Notes under the pieces: model-generated | What the model was told of the DNA's origin: nothing | Seen by the model: the letters and a program-made list of their open reading frames with translations, nothing else | The model's database searches: none | Position numbers and translations under genes: made by a program | Shown here: piece after piece, positions 29,520-42,500 of the stretch | How positions within the stretch are numbered: position 1 is the stretch's first letter | How the letters are laid out: the number at the start of each line of letters is the position of its first letter | Virus record (IMG/VR): IMGVR_UViG_3300029319_000063 | Location: 1 to 55,568 of that record | Source: a virus | Lineage: Duplodnaviria; Caudoviricetes | Reading direction: 5' to 3' (one strand) | DNA: 55,568 nucleotides

Positions 29520-32500
29520 TTATAAAGCCTTATCATCATCATTTACAATTCTTGGTAGTTTCATTTCAGTTTCTCTCCTTATTGGAGTATCTTTAGATTG
29601 TTTACTTAATTTGTAATCACCAATTAAAATTCCTTTATTACCATTACCACTCGTATCAATTACAACCCTTCCATCTGATTCACCCATATTTAATTCAAGT
29701 AAACATTTTCTGGTTACATGTGGTGGATGTACAGCGTCATCTATAAATATTGAACCAACAGAACTTTCTTCAGGATATTTAGCTACAGAACCATTCCAAT
29801 ACCAAAATTCATTATATTTATAAAAATCATTATCTTTTTTAGGATTAACAAAATTTTCATACGAACTTTCTATACCTAAAAGTTTTGGTATATCAAAAGA
29901 ACCATCTTTAAAATATCTAACTTGTTCTATAGCTGTTGACCCCACATAATCACCAATTTCTCTGTTCTCTAAAGCTTTTTCTAAATTAACTCTATCTATA
30001 ACATCATCTTCAGAAAATTGTCCACCATTTAAAATTTTATCAAGTGATTTAATATATGTACTATCTGAACTTATTCCACTAATGACAGGAGTTGTATCAC
30101 TAAATGGTAAGAATTTAAAATCAGGTCCACTTGTTTCTGCAAAATCCTCGATGTAAACATCATCTAATGTTAAATTAATTTTTATAGTTACAGGTTTTAT
30201 ACTTATTGGCATTTCAATACCAGCATCATTTTCAATCACAGATAGTACGATAGCTTTTATAACTTTTACACCAGGTTCATTATATTGATGTGATAAAAAG
30301 TTTGGTTTCATTACTTCCGATGTATCAAAAACATCCATTGGGATATATGTATTATTCAATTGTTGTTCTAGTTCTATATCAGATTCACTAGTAGGAAATA
30401 CTAATGTATCAAAATCATCATCCTTTGATGAATCAAAATTCCAATTAACAACAAACATTTTAAGTTTTTGCATATAATCTATCGTGTTAGTATTATCGAT
30501 TGATGTATTAATAAACTCATAAACTTGGTCTGATATTACAGAAGCTTCAACCGGATTAATATCAAATCCATATTCTCCAGGATATACACAAGAACCATCA
30601 TCTATCTCTGCTGTTGGTGAATAATTTATAGCTTCTGTATCTGTACATCCACTATAATTATAAGTACAATAATCTGCTGTTGTTTCACCTTCGGGTATAT
30701 ATGCATTACTATTATATTGATCTCCAAATATGTCTGTACAACCAGGATACCATATAATATAATCTACATCATTATAGTTGTCTAATTTTTGTTGAACATA
30801 TGGCTGCCAAGTAAATTGTGTATCCAGCCATTCAGGTCTAAGGTCATAATTATAGAGTCTGTTGTAAGTGTGAGTAATACTTACTCTTGGAAAATAATTT
30901 CTACCATATTCATCTTTTTCATATCTCCAATTTATACCACCAGGATTATTATTGTTAAAATACTCATTATCCGTTCCCTCAAACATAAAGTTTTGATAGT
31001 GTACATCTTGTTCAGGTGTTATAGTAAATTGAATTTCATCACCATCATTTAATCTTAATTGGTTAGTAAGACCATCACCATTATTCAAATCTAAATATAA
31101 AGGTTGTGTACCATTACCTAAATCTATATATATTTCAAACACAGGATCTCCTGTTGGCCAACTTTCATATAAATAACCATAATCACCGAGAAAATCATCT
31201 ATATAATCTTCCCAATTCCAATAAGCTGTTAGTTCAAATGTTATATCATCAGAATATAAACACCCGCCACTTTCATAACCTAAACTACAATCAGTTTCAG
31301 ATTTAAATTCATATTCAAAATGTTGATTTATTTTTTGTACAAAATTAACATTTGGTGTAGAACCATAAAAACAACACTCTGGACAATCTAAAGTAGCTTC
31401 AGGATTATAATTAGTTGCATTTGTATCCATACAACCATATACCCATTGACTGCTATCAATATCATAGTTGGAACAATCAACTTCACATACACAAGGTATT
31501 TGATGATCACCATAACAAGGTTCTTGAACAGGTTCACTTGGAGAAGCTCCAGAAGTACAAGAACATGAGTGACTTAGTCTAACTCCTCCTTGACACCAAC
31601 TAGTACAATATCCTGGTCCGTTACTACAACATTCAGGTGTATCTCTTGATGAAGACCTAACTGGTTGGCCATAATCTGCATATTGATATGTGTTATATGT
31701 ATTGTCTAAATTATGATTTAAGGCAGACATGGGTAATGGAATATTTGCGGCATTTGCATCAGTTAAAAGTTCAGCTCTCTCTACATACTTCTCAAAAACT
31801 TTATCGTAATAACTAACATAACTTATATTGTTTAAACCATCATTTTCAGCTATAAACATATTTAAGTTAACTATATTAGGAGCAGAAGCATAAGGTCTTT
31901 CAGGTTCTAAAAAATCATAATATTTTTGAATATAAATACCTTCTTCATAATTATCTGTTTCTCCTATAAATACATGAGGTATTGGTCTCCATGTAGTATA
32001 CATGTCATCAGGTAAAATTTGTTTTCCATATAAATTACTCACACCATATTCATCAAAGTTGAAGAACGTAGGTGGATATTCAATGTTATAACCAGAATAA
32101 ATTGGATCTGCATCTATTGTATATGTTTCAAGTGGTAAATCTTGTAATCTCTTTCCACCTAAGTTAAAAAAGAAATTATAATTATCAGCTTCCTCCGTTA
32201 AATCGGATACATCTGGAGCATATATTCTAACTCTTGTAAAGGCTGTACTTTTATTTTCTGTAAACCATGTTCCCTCCATATAATAGGGTGCAAATCTACC
32301 ACTACCATCAGTACTACTAACACTATAATTCCCACATTCATATGTTGAGTTGTCAGACCTTATATAAGAAGATGATGAATCCAAACCTGTATCACAAAAT
32401 CTTTTTGTCATTACTGTATCTATTGTACCATCTACTCCACTTCTGATTATACTTCTAATCTCAGCTGATGATATTTCTGAAATACCAAACCATGCACCTT

Positions 32501-33581
32501 CAACATCATCCCCACCACTTAAAGATGATGTTCCCTTAATATCTAAGTATTGTATTATTATAAGTTTCATATCTGGATTTCTCAAAAATTCAACCCACTC
32601 TGAAGAATTACCATCAATTGTTATCATGTTTTCTATATTAGAATCATTTAATACAGCTATGTTTTCATCACTCCCATTGTTAAATTCTGTTGGACCTTGA
32701 TCACTAGCAGTATTTCTATATGCCCAAATATTATTGGGAGAATCATCACCATTACCATCCCATAAAACCCAACCATCTAATGCAGCATAAGATCCACCAA
32801 TCTTACCATAAGTGTGATTATTACCACCCCAAGGACCATGTCCAAGTTGATTGGTATAACCCCCATCTTGACCTGGACAAGTATATTCACCCTGAAAACA
32901 AGAATTTGATTCACCACTCCAAGGACCTCTCCTCGCAAAAGGACTTTTATTTACTACGAATGCTGCTGTTGAAAAGAAATCATACATACCATCATATGTG
33001 GTAGAATCAACAACTTCTACCCACATTTGTTTATCATATTCATCCAAATAATATGGTCCACTTCCACGCATTGGACTATCCCACATAATAGAATGAAGTT
33101 CTATTCTTATTTCATTTTCTCCTGATGTCCATTGTAATTGAGATTCAAGATTAGAATTTGAAAATGGTTCTATTGACATATCCATAGTAGAATATAAATC
33201 ATCCACATCAGTTTCTGTTATTATTCCTGTATCGGTAGTAAATGAATCATAATTATTTGAATGATAATATTGTCCATAACTATTTGGTGTTGGTAAATCT
33301 TTATATATTCTAAATCTTAATCTACCACCAAAAGTGCCTGTATCTACAACATTTAAATCACATGGTGGCGGACACGCATTGTTAATCTCATAATACATTT
33401 CACATGTGGTTGGTGGATTATTTTCACACACACCATCTATTTCATTCCATTGACAATTTGCATAACCCAAAGCTTCAGACGCAGCAGTATATGCATTACA
33501 GAGAGCTGAATCTGTTATGTATCCACATAATGGTGTTCCATCTCCTGTACAAGAAAAACTATCTGGTGCATATTGTGACAT
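29520..33581 (-). CDS. Large acidic structural protein with Cys-rich repeats and PKD-like scaffold, paralogue of 33581-42892
   Basis: GCMDTNATNYNPEA and GCTDTEAINYSPTAEIDDGSC repeats; scaffold motifs HQYNEPGVKVI, QVRYF, DTSGNGNKGILIGDY. Confidence 0.65.
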   Translation of the reverse strand: MSQYAPDSFSCTGDGTPLCGYITDSALCNAYTAASEALGYANCQWNEIDGVCENNPPTTCEMYYEINNACPPPCDLNVVDTGTFGGRLRFRIYKDLPTPNSYGQYYHSNNYDSFTTDTGIITETDVDDLYSTMDMSIEPFSNSNLESQLQWTSGENEIRIELHSIMWDSPMRGSGPYYLDEYDKQMWVEVVDSTTYDGMYDFFSTAAFVVNKSPFARRGPWSGESNSCFQGEYTCPGQDGGYTNQLGHGPWGGNNHTYGKIGGSYAALDGWVLWDGNGDDSPNNIWAYRNTASDQGPTEFNNGSDENIAVLNDSNIENMITIDGNSSEWVEFLRNPDMKLIIIQYLDIKGTSSLSGGDDVEGAWFGISEISSAEIRSIIRSGVDGTIDTVMTKRFCDTGLDSSSSYIRSDNSTYECGNYSVSSTDGSGRFAPYYMEGTWFTENKSTAFTRVRIYAPDVSDLTEEADNYNFFFNLGGKRLQDLPLETYTIDADPIYSGYNIEYPPTFFNFDEYGVSNLYGKQILPDDMYTTWRPIPHVFIGETDNYEEGIYIQKYYDFLEPERPYASAPNIVNLNMFIAENDGLNNISYVSYYDKVFEKYVERAELLTDANAANIPLPMSALNHNLDNTYNTYQYADYGQPVRSSSRDTPECCSNGPGYCTSWCQGGVRLSHSCSCTSGASPSEPVQEPCYGDHQIPCVCEVDCSNYDIDSSQWVYGCMDTNATNYNPEATLDCPECCFYGSTPNVNFVQKINQHFEYEFKSETDCSLGYESGGCLYSDDITFELTAYWNWEDYIDDFLGDYGYLYESWPTGDPVFEIYIDLGNGTQPLYLDLNNGDGLTNQLRLNDGDEIQFTITPEQDVHYQNFMFEGTDNEYFNNNNPGGINWRYEKDEYGRNYFPRVSITHTYNRLYNYDLRPEWLDTQFTWQPYVQQKLDNYNDVDYIIWYPGCTDIFGDQYNSNAYIPEGETTADYCTYNYSGCTDTEAINYSPTAEIDDGSCVYPGEYGFDINPVEASVISDQVYEFINTSIDNTNTIDYMQKLKMFVVNWNFDSSKDDDFDTLVFPTSESDIELEQQLNNTYIPMDVFDTSEVMKPNFLSHQYNEPGVKVIKAIVLSVIENDAGIEMPISIKPVTIKINLTLDDVYIEDFAETSGPDFKFLPFSDTTPVISGISSDSTYIKSLDKILNGGQFSEDDVIDRVNLEKALENREIGDYVGSTAIEQVRYFKDGSFDIPKLLGIESSYENFVNPKKDNDFYKYNEFWYWNGSVAKYPEESSVGSIFIDDAVHPPHVTRKCLLELNMGESDGRVVIDTSGNGNKGILIGDYKLSKQSKDTPIRRETEMKLPRIVNDDDKAL

Positions 33582-36500
33582 TAGTACGCTCTTCCTTTAT
33601 CTTTTCTAATTTGTGGTAAGTTTTCAAAATCACCTTTACTTGGTATCCTTGTATCTTCATCAAATAAAACTTTATAATCACCAAAAACATAATTATATAA
33701 TTCTACACCTGAATTGTTCGGTAATCTATTTTCATCTACATCTATTTCACTAAAGTTTATATCAACAATAGCTTGTGTATAAATATTAAGTAAGTTAGAA
33801 GAATAATCATCATTTAATGCCGGACTACTTTCATCATACTCATACCATAATCTATCAGGACTTCCAAATGGAATGTTATTTTCTATTAGTGCATCTATTC
33901 CAAACAAATCATCATCACCTGGTGAATCACCCTCTTCATTTACCTCACCTTGTATAAGTAAACATTCACAATCAAAAACTCCGTTAGATACAAAAATACA
34001 TTGTGCATCATAACCATAATTACAATTGTAATCATCAACTAATCCTGCAGAATTACATTCACAAGTTCCTGGATCTTCACCAATCGGATTTCCTTCAACA
34101 TCCCATTTTTGAGTTCCTACTTCAACTTCAATTTCTGATTTTTGAAGATTTTCTTCAGAAGAAAATTTTCCAAATAAATCAAATTTAGGTAAAACAGGAT
34201 AGTAAGGTTTGACATTTTCCACTTTAATAATTTCACCAAAACCCGAATCTGAATCGGGAGGATTTATAAATTCAATATCATCTAATTGACGATGTACATT
34301 TGTTGTTCTTGATAACCACTCTTGATTAGATTCAATATCAATTTTTTTACTATGTTTTAATACTGTTGGTAGTATTTTGTTATTTTCTAACTCATCTCGT
34401 TGTAAATCTACCGAAACATACATCTCAAATAAATAATATCTACCTTGTTCCAAAACATTCAAACTTTCACCATCACTACTCCAACTTCCATCATAATAAG
34501 TAGAATTTCTTTTTTTACCATTTTTAATCCAAGTAATTCTTTCTACATTATTATCCCCATCAAACATAGTGTTAAACTCTTCACTACCAATCATCATATT
34601 TCCTAAATTCCAATATACTATATTATCTGATAATGGTGTATCATGTGTAGAAGTTATTTGTAAAGGTGAATTATTGTTTGAGTATTTATTAAAAGAAATA
34701 TCATCATATAATAATTCACAATCGGATTCACCATCTAACCCAATACCACCTATACTTTCATCAGGTAAACATATTGAAAAAGTTTGATTTGAATTTAATA
34801 TGGTATCTATCGGTTTGATAGTTAATTCATTTTCACCACCACGGCGTAAAATATTATTTAGTTCTATAGAATAATCTATAAATCCATCTCTCCAAGTTAT
34901 ATCATAGTTTGATGGTATTATATTTTTCCAATACCTTTTAGATCCAGGATTATCTGGATGTTGTGATAAAGCAATAGAATCATCCAATAATATTTCACCC
35001 TGAGGTTTTAAAAAATTGTGATAAAAATCATATGTTTTTTCATATGTATTTTTAAATTCATCAGAATCAAAATTTGGAATAACAGATTCGTTACCATAAT
35101 GATTATTAACATAAGCTATAAATTCTGACATAGCTTTATACATTCTTAAATCTCTTGGTTCATCTAATTCAAATGTTCTATGATTTCTACTCATCTCAAA
35201 TTGAAATGCATCTACATTTCCAATAAATCCTGCAGGGTCATTAGAACCACCACCATCATCTCCACCGTCATCAACAAAACTATCAGAAACTGTAGCATCA
35301 AGAGTTACAAATCTTGTAACCGTATACTGAGCACCTGCTGTAAAATCTCTTCCTATAACTATAGGTTTTTTAACTCCAGGTTCAGCACAATAGTAATTTC
35401 CATCTAAATATAGTTCCCAAGCATCAGTACAATCATCATATATACCTAAATCACATTCATTTAAATATCCAGCTAAATTATATTGATTATCTTGCCTATC
35501 TGGACAAGAATGACTATCTTGTTCCAAATATTCTCCTGCAAAATATTCATAAGCTATATTTAATCCGTCAGCATATTCATATAATCCTGAATTTCTTCTA
35601 TCGTGATATCCTTCACCATCACCAATATCATTCTGATTTAAAATTTCTATCAACTTTAATAATAAAGAATCTCCATTAGGATTTTGTGGTGAAGTTAATC
35701 CTTTTCCTAAATCGGTTACCATTGATGGTGCATAAGTATCCATATCACTAAAAGTATCCCATTGAGAATCTAAACTACCATCCCAAAATCTATTTTTTAT
35801 AGGTGATGCTGGACCAGGAAAATCAAAATTAAAATCATGTTCACTTAGTGGATATAAATTAAATCCTTCAGTATTATTAGAATACCAACCAAAATCAGTA
35901 TATCCTTTTACATAACTACCATTTGGATCTCTATTTTTATTTGGGTAAGCCACTCCGATATCTACAGCAAATGGTCTATAGTCACCCGCTCCATGAAAAT
36001 CAATAACCAATTTTATTTCAGGATGTTCTAATAGATACTCTTTTAGTTTTTTCTTAAATGGATGAAGTTGTCCTTCCATACCAGAAAAGGCTGGTGTAGC
36101 TGTATTTCCTGTTCTACCAAAATAATCATAACCAATGTAGTGATAATAATTTGGGTCATCCTGCATGTGTGTAGCTATTAACACATGTGAATTTGTCATT
36201 TTTCCTACTTGATATGCCATGGCTCCTGTGTAATAATCTGGAGCATGATCCCAAGCTGGATATTGACCATCTGGATCATAAGATAATGCAGTAGGTCTCA
36301 ATGTTCTAGGACTATGTGGAGCTGTAATTAACACCGCTCCTGAACCCTCTATTAATTGAAAAGATTTATCTGGAGCTATATTAACAAAACCTAACATTTT
36401 ATCCATCGTATAATCACCACGATTAAAAAATCTAACCTGATTTATATCTGCGTTACCAAAATAATTATCTTTTGCAAGTTCCCCATAACCTTTATTATAC

Positions 36501-39500
36501 GAACCACTAACTATAGTAACAGGATTAGGTGCAGGACCTGGAAAAGGATGATCAACAGAACCTGTTTCTTGTAACACACCATACAAATTTACTGAACCCG
36601 ATAATACTGGTTGATTAAAAATATTTAAAGTTGCTGAACTTTCAACTGAATATTCATTCATTTTTGCATATGCATATTCTGTATCAAGTTTATCTTGAAT
36701 ATATTGAAAATCTAAATCTAATTTACCACCTGTTTCTAAATAACCCAACTCTCTTTGAATAGTTCTATAATATATACTTTTATCCGAAACTCCTCCAATA
36801 GTAATATTATTTTCATCAAAGGGTAAGAATACTTCATTATCTTCATTTGATGAAATGTTTATTCTATATTTAAATTTCATGAAGTTAGACACACCACAAT
36901 AGTTTTCATCATTTATTATAAATTGTCCACCAGCACTATCACAATATTCTTGATCTACTCCAAATATATTAGGTGTTGGATTGTCAAATACATTATACCA
37001 TGGAGGAACAGATGTTTCATCTGTTTCATCAACTTGTGATATATAACATCTAGTTCGACAAGCTTCATCTTTATAAACATTGAACATGTAACCTGACACT
37101 TCATATATTCCTGGTCTGGTATATGTATGTTTTATTATTTTTCCAAATTCAAGTTTTTCAGGATTATATTTAAAATCGAAATCTTGTTCTTCTCTCGTTG
37201 TTTCATCACCCCAATCAACTATACCAATATAATAATCATACTTATCAGAATCTAAATCTTTTCTTGATCTATTATTAAATAAAAATTGGGCGTCTATTGT
37301 AGTTCCTGGAGCTACACCTTCTCTTGGTGTAAATAGAAAATAAAATTCACTTGGAGCTGATGTATTTTTATAATACTCAGGAAATGTTTCTTTACTATAA
37401 TATTCGTGAGCTGTGGCTTTTTTTTCTCCAGATTTAACATCTTGATATTGAGCTCTTTTAGTTGTGGAGTTAACATCAGGTGTAAAATAACCAGCACTGA
37501 AATCATCAATACCTGACATACATGCAGTATGATCTGTACAATCTTGTGCGTCCACACCATCACCTCCTGGAGCTTCACAATTACAACCACTACCATTATT
37601 TATTCCACCCAAACAAGTTCCAGCAGTTCCCTCTCCCACATGCTCTATGTTTACACAATAACCATCTAAATGATTTTTGTAAAAAGGTATATCAAGGTTT
37701 TTTTGTAAAGAACTATATGTAGAACCTATAAGCTTCCATTCTGATATATCATCTTGAACAAAATGTTGATTTTCTTCATCGAAGAAAAAACAACCTAAAG
37801 GTAATCTATTAAATAAATTATTTTCTTTCCACCAATATTCTCTATTAAGATAATTAGTTGTACCATCAAGGTAAGGAATATTTATAGCTTGTTCTGGAAT
37901 ATAAATTTGATCTGTTGGAGTATCTCGTAATTCATTTTTTCTTAAAGTTTGTTTTATTTTAAAAATACCATCTATATTTATATCTTTTTGAAGCCTCACT
38001 TTTGTACCTAAACTACCAGTAACTGCCACATCAAAAAAATAAGTACCATCAGTATCTAATGTTTTTCCATACCCACAATTTATAAATGTTTCGAAAGTTT
38101 TCATACCCGCCATATTTTGTGTATCTGGATTTGTATTGGGGTTATCAATAAACCAAGTACATGGTTGTTCTCCAGATGCACCATCATCAATTACCTCACC
38201 TGTACTAACATCTTGTGTAACTCTTTGATTTACTGTAAAACCAGGTTCAGGACCTGTTTGTTCGTCTTTTATTTTTCTATCTATTCTATATTGATATGTA
38301 TAAACTACCTCATTAGAATTTTGAAACTTCCAACCACCAAAATTAGGGTTATAATCATCACCATTAAAATTTGTATTTTGACCGAAATTATCATTACCAA
38401 CAGGTTTTATAAGATAATAATCCAATCCTAATCCAGTAGAACTCTGAGGTACGATTGAAATATCACCATAAACACAATTTAAATTATAATTTTGTGTAGC
38501 TGTAGGGTCATAGTTAATAGCTGTAGGATCTGTACATCCCTCACAATCATTATCACCACCACATTGGCCACAAAAATCTAATATTGTAGAACAACTACTA
38601 TCATTTTGATTATCAACCTCACATGAACAATCACCATTACAATCAAGCCATAAACAAACTCCATTGTCAATAGTATAATCAGGACTATAATTACATGCAG
38701 TTGAATCCATACATCCAACACATTCATTTGGTGGAGATTCTCCATTTCCAGGATTATAACATACTTCGCATAAATCTAAAACTGAACTACCACCACAAAC
38801 ACCGGCACAATCTACTATAGTTAAGCCTTCACAAACGCCTTGACAATCCATAGCCCAATTAGGTGGACAAACACCATTAAAAATACTACTTTCGTTTCCA
38901 GTTTGATATAAAAGTAAAGCTTCAGTATAACCCAATTCATCAACCAAATCAAAACAACCTGTTACTAAAGTTGATGTATTTCCACCAAAACAATTTCCAC
39001 AATCATCTATATCTGCACCATAACCTGGTTCACCTTCACAAGTTCCTGCACAATCTATTGGTGTAGCTGTAAGTACACAATTACCACAATCATCTATAAA
39101 TGAAATTCCACCACAAACTCCAGCACAATCTACAATACATGGATTGTCACCACTCCCTATGTTTTGTCCGTTATCATCACATGTACTAGGACAGAAAAAA
39201 GTATCATCATCATCCAATTGATTTAAAACCCAACCATCAGGAACAAATTCAAAACAATATGTTCTAGAAACATCTGCATTTCCAAGACCATCACCATCTG
39301 AATCTTCATAATAAGTTAATACTTGACTTTCTTCACAACAATTTTCGTATCCATCTGCATCTTCTACATGATTACCAAAACACTCTCCAGCACAATCTAA
39401 ATCACTATCAGCCTCATGTCCTGAATTACCACCAGAACAAATACCACATGAATCAAAGAATGCAGTACCTCCAACATCACCATCATGATTTGGAGTTCCT

Positions 39501-42500
39501 ACAACACAATCTCCATTACAATCCATATCACTATTGGCTATGTGGTCTGTTGTTCCACCTGAACAAACTCCACAATCATCAATAAATGCATTTCCATTTT
39601 CGACTCCAGCACAATCTTCTGGATAAGTACAACAACCGTAATTTGAACCTAAAGCGGTACCAATACAATCAAAATAGTGTCTAGCTTCATAGTCAGAAGC
39701 TTGAGGGTCTCTACAACCTTTTGCTGTTAATCCTTCTAAAAGAATAGTATCACCCTGATGAAACATAATAACACCAGGTCCCCAAACATCATCAGTACCT
39801 TTACATTTGTTTGTAAAGTTACAACCATGATTTACAACTCTACCTAAATCAAAGTTATTGTTAGATGTATACCAATGTATCGTTTCAAAACATTCATTAC
39901 CTATACCATCACCATTAGTATCTGCTCTTTGAGTTCCTGGTGGTTGATTGAATGTGGATGCACCAGGACAAAAACCTGAATCAGGATCAACTCCATCACC
40001 ACAATCTTTTGATGTATTTAAAATTGAAAAATAATTAAAATTATCGGATTCTCCTCCGTATGGTAAATAATGACATAAATCACAATCATCTAATCCATAA
40101 TCATTTCCTGTATAATAATCACCTGTGGTAGCGTTGTTATCACAATAATCATTGTTGTCACCAGAATTTAATACATGACCACCAGGTAAATCTTCCTCAC
40201 AACCAGTCCAAGGTGCATCAGCGTTACCTATACCATCACCATCTATATCTGCATAATAAGTTACAGGTCCAGGTAAGTTACACCCACAACCTAAATCTGT
40301 ACCTTCACCGAAACAATTTCCACTACAATCCGTTTGAGGGCCTCCACCCTCTTGGATATTAGTACCACCACAAATTAAACATGAATCAATACCAATTCCA
40401 TAATTATCATCGTTAGGGCAATTACCAGCACAATCTTGATTGAGAGCTGTATATGCATAATATGGTATTCCACTTTCAGTAAATAATTGAGTTTGTGTTA
40501 CAGGATAATTAGAATGACTAACGTCACCATCATTTAAACTTGAATATAAAACAATGTGTCCAGTATCACCTCCTACACAACTTCCACATTCATCTATTTG
40601 TGCACAACCAGTTATATTATCATCATCACATGTATCAGGAGTACAATCGTTATTACAATCTTGGCCATATACACCACCATATCCATTAGTGTTATCAATA
40701 ATACCAGTAGTACCACCAATACAAACATTACACTCATTTAGATACGCTTCTCCGTTACATGTATCATTACAATCACATCCCAAAAGTCCATTTAAACATT
40801 CAAATGTACCTGTAGCACATCCAAAATTTACAGTGGCTGAAGAATCATATGCACAATTAGTGTCATCCATACAACCATAAACATCATTTCCTGGAATACC
40901 AGGTCCTATATATTCAACATAACCTTCAGGACATTCATTACATGTTGTTGGAACTTCTTGTAAATAATTTGAAACATTGGAATCATCACACAAACCTGTA
41001 TTGTTATAATCTTGACAACATATTAATGGATATGTACATGAACCATCATCTATATTTGCATCAGAATCATAATTACACGCTTCACTATCTGTACAACCAA
41101 ATATTGGTGCAATAGTTTCTGCACATGGTGTACCACGTATGTATAAACTTGATTGCCAACACTCTATTGTTGAATTATCATCAAGACATTCATCCGAAAA
41201 TATTAATTCTAATGTAGAACCTCCACCAGCTATTGAACCATAAGCATAAGGTTGAGATGCATCCCAAGACGATACATCATCCATTATTGGGTTTGTATTA
41301 AAAGTATCAATAAGAGTTCCATGTATATCTCTTATTGAAATAGATTCTCCATTATTTGATAAGTTTCCATTATACAAGTATCTATTTTCACATGAATAAG
41401 ATCCTCCACCACCATTATCAAATCCTTCTTGTCGCATAAATAATAAAAATTCACCAGGTTGAATTATAACCCTTGACATTCCACCAAGTTGAAATTGGTC
41501 GTCTATTTCAATTGGTCTAGCACCAGATGATAATATGTCAATAAAACCTGTTGTATCAATTGGATAATTAGATGAATTATACATCTCAATAAATTCATGT
41601 GTAGCTTCTAATCCAGTAATTGGGTCTATATGAAATTCTGTAAATAAAAATGTTCCACCCAAAAATGTTCTAAATGTAGAACTATTCCATGGAAGAGAAT
41701 TAGGTAATCCTGGAGAGCCACCTTCTATACCAGATCTATACCAATTAGAACCACAATTATTATCCAATTCATCATTGATTAAAACAATAGAAGAAACATT
41801 AGATAAAACATTAGATGGCCAACTATCCAAACAACTATTTATACCATCATCTAATGTATCTTCAGTTCCAGCAAAGTATCTTACTCTTTCAACTAAGTTA
41901 CCTCGATGATTATTGTTTGCTGAAGAACCTGCTAATGTATCTTGAACACTTGGGTTAGCATCTCTTAAAACAATATTTTCTGATGTGTTTGATAATTCTC
42001 TACTCGCACCTGTACCACTCTGCCATTCATAAAGATTTGCAACATCATCATTACTTCCATCGTAAGCTATTAGATGTTCAAATGTTCTATAATCATCTCC
42101 CTCTGGACATGCACTAGCATCACACGATTCATTTGTTGTCCAAATTTCAGTATCAGCTGAAATACAATAACATTTTCCATTATAAGCTTCGGCGTTGTTT
42201 GCAAAAACCATTCTACCATAAGGTTCTAATGATGAATTAATTGGTAATCCACCTCTCCAATTATCACCACATCTATTGTATTCTGTAGCGTTATTTGTAA
42301 ACATAGCAATGGACAAACCTTTTGTTGAAATAGTTTCGTTACTTACATTTTGTATTTCAAAAAACTCCCAAGTAGCTTCGTCATTATTTTGATCTTGTGC
42401 AGTAATTTGTTTAACACCATCTATAGTGTAATGTATTTCTGAAATTTTTATTTTATCTGTAAAATCAAAATATTCACAACTTCCATCATTGTTAGTTACA

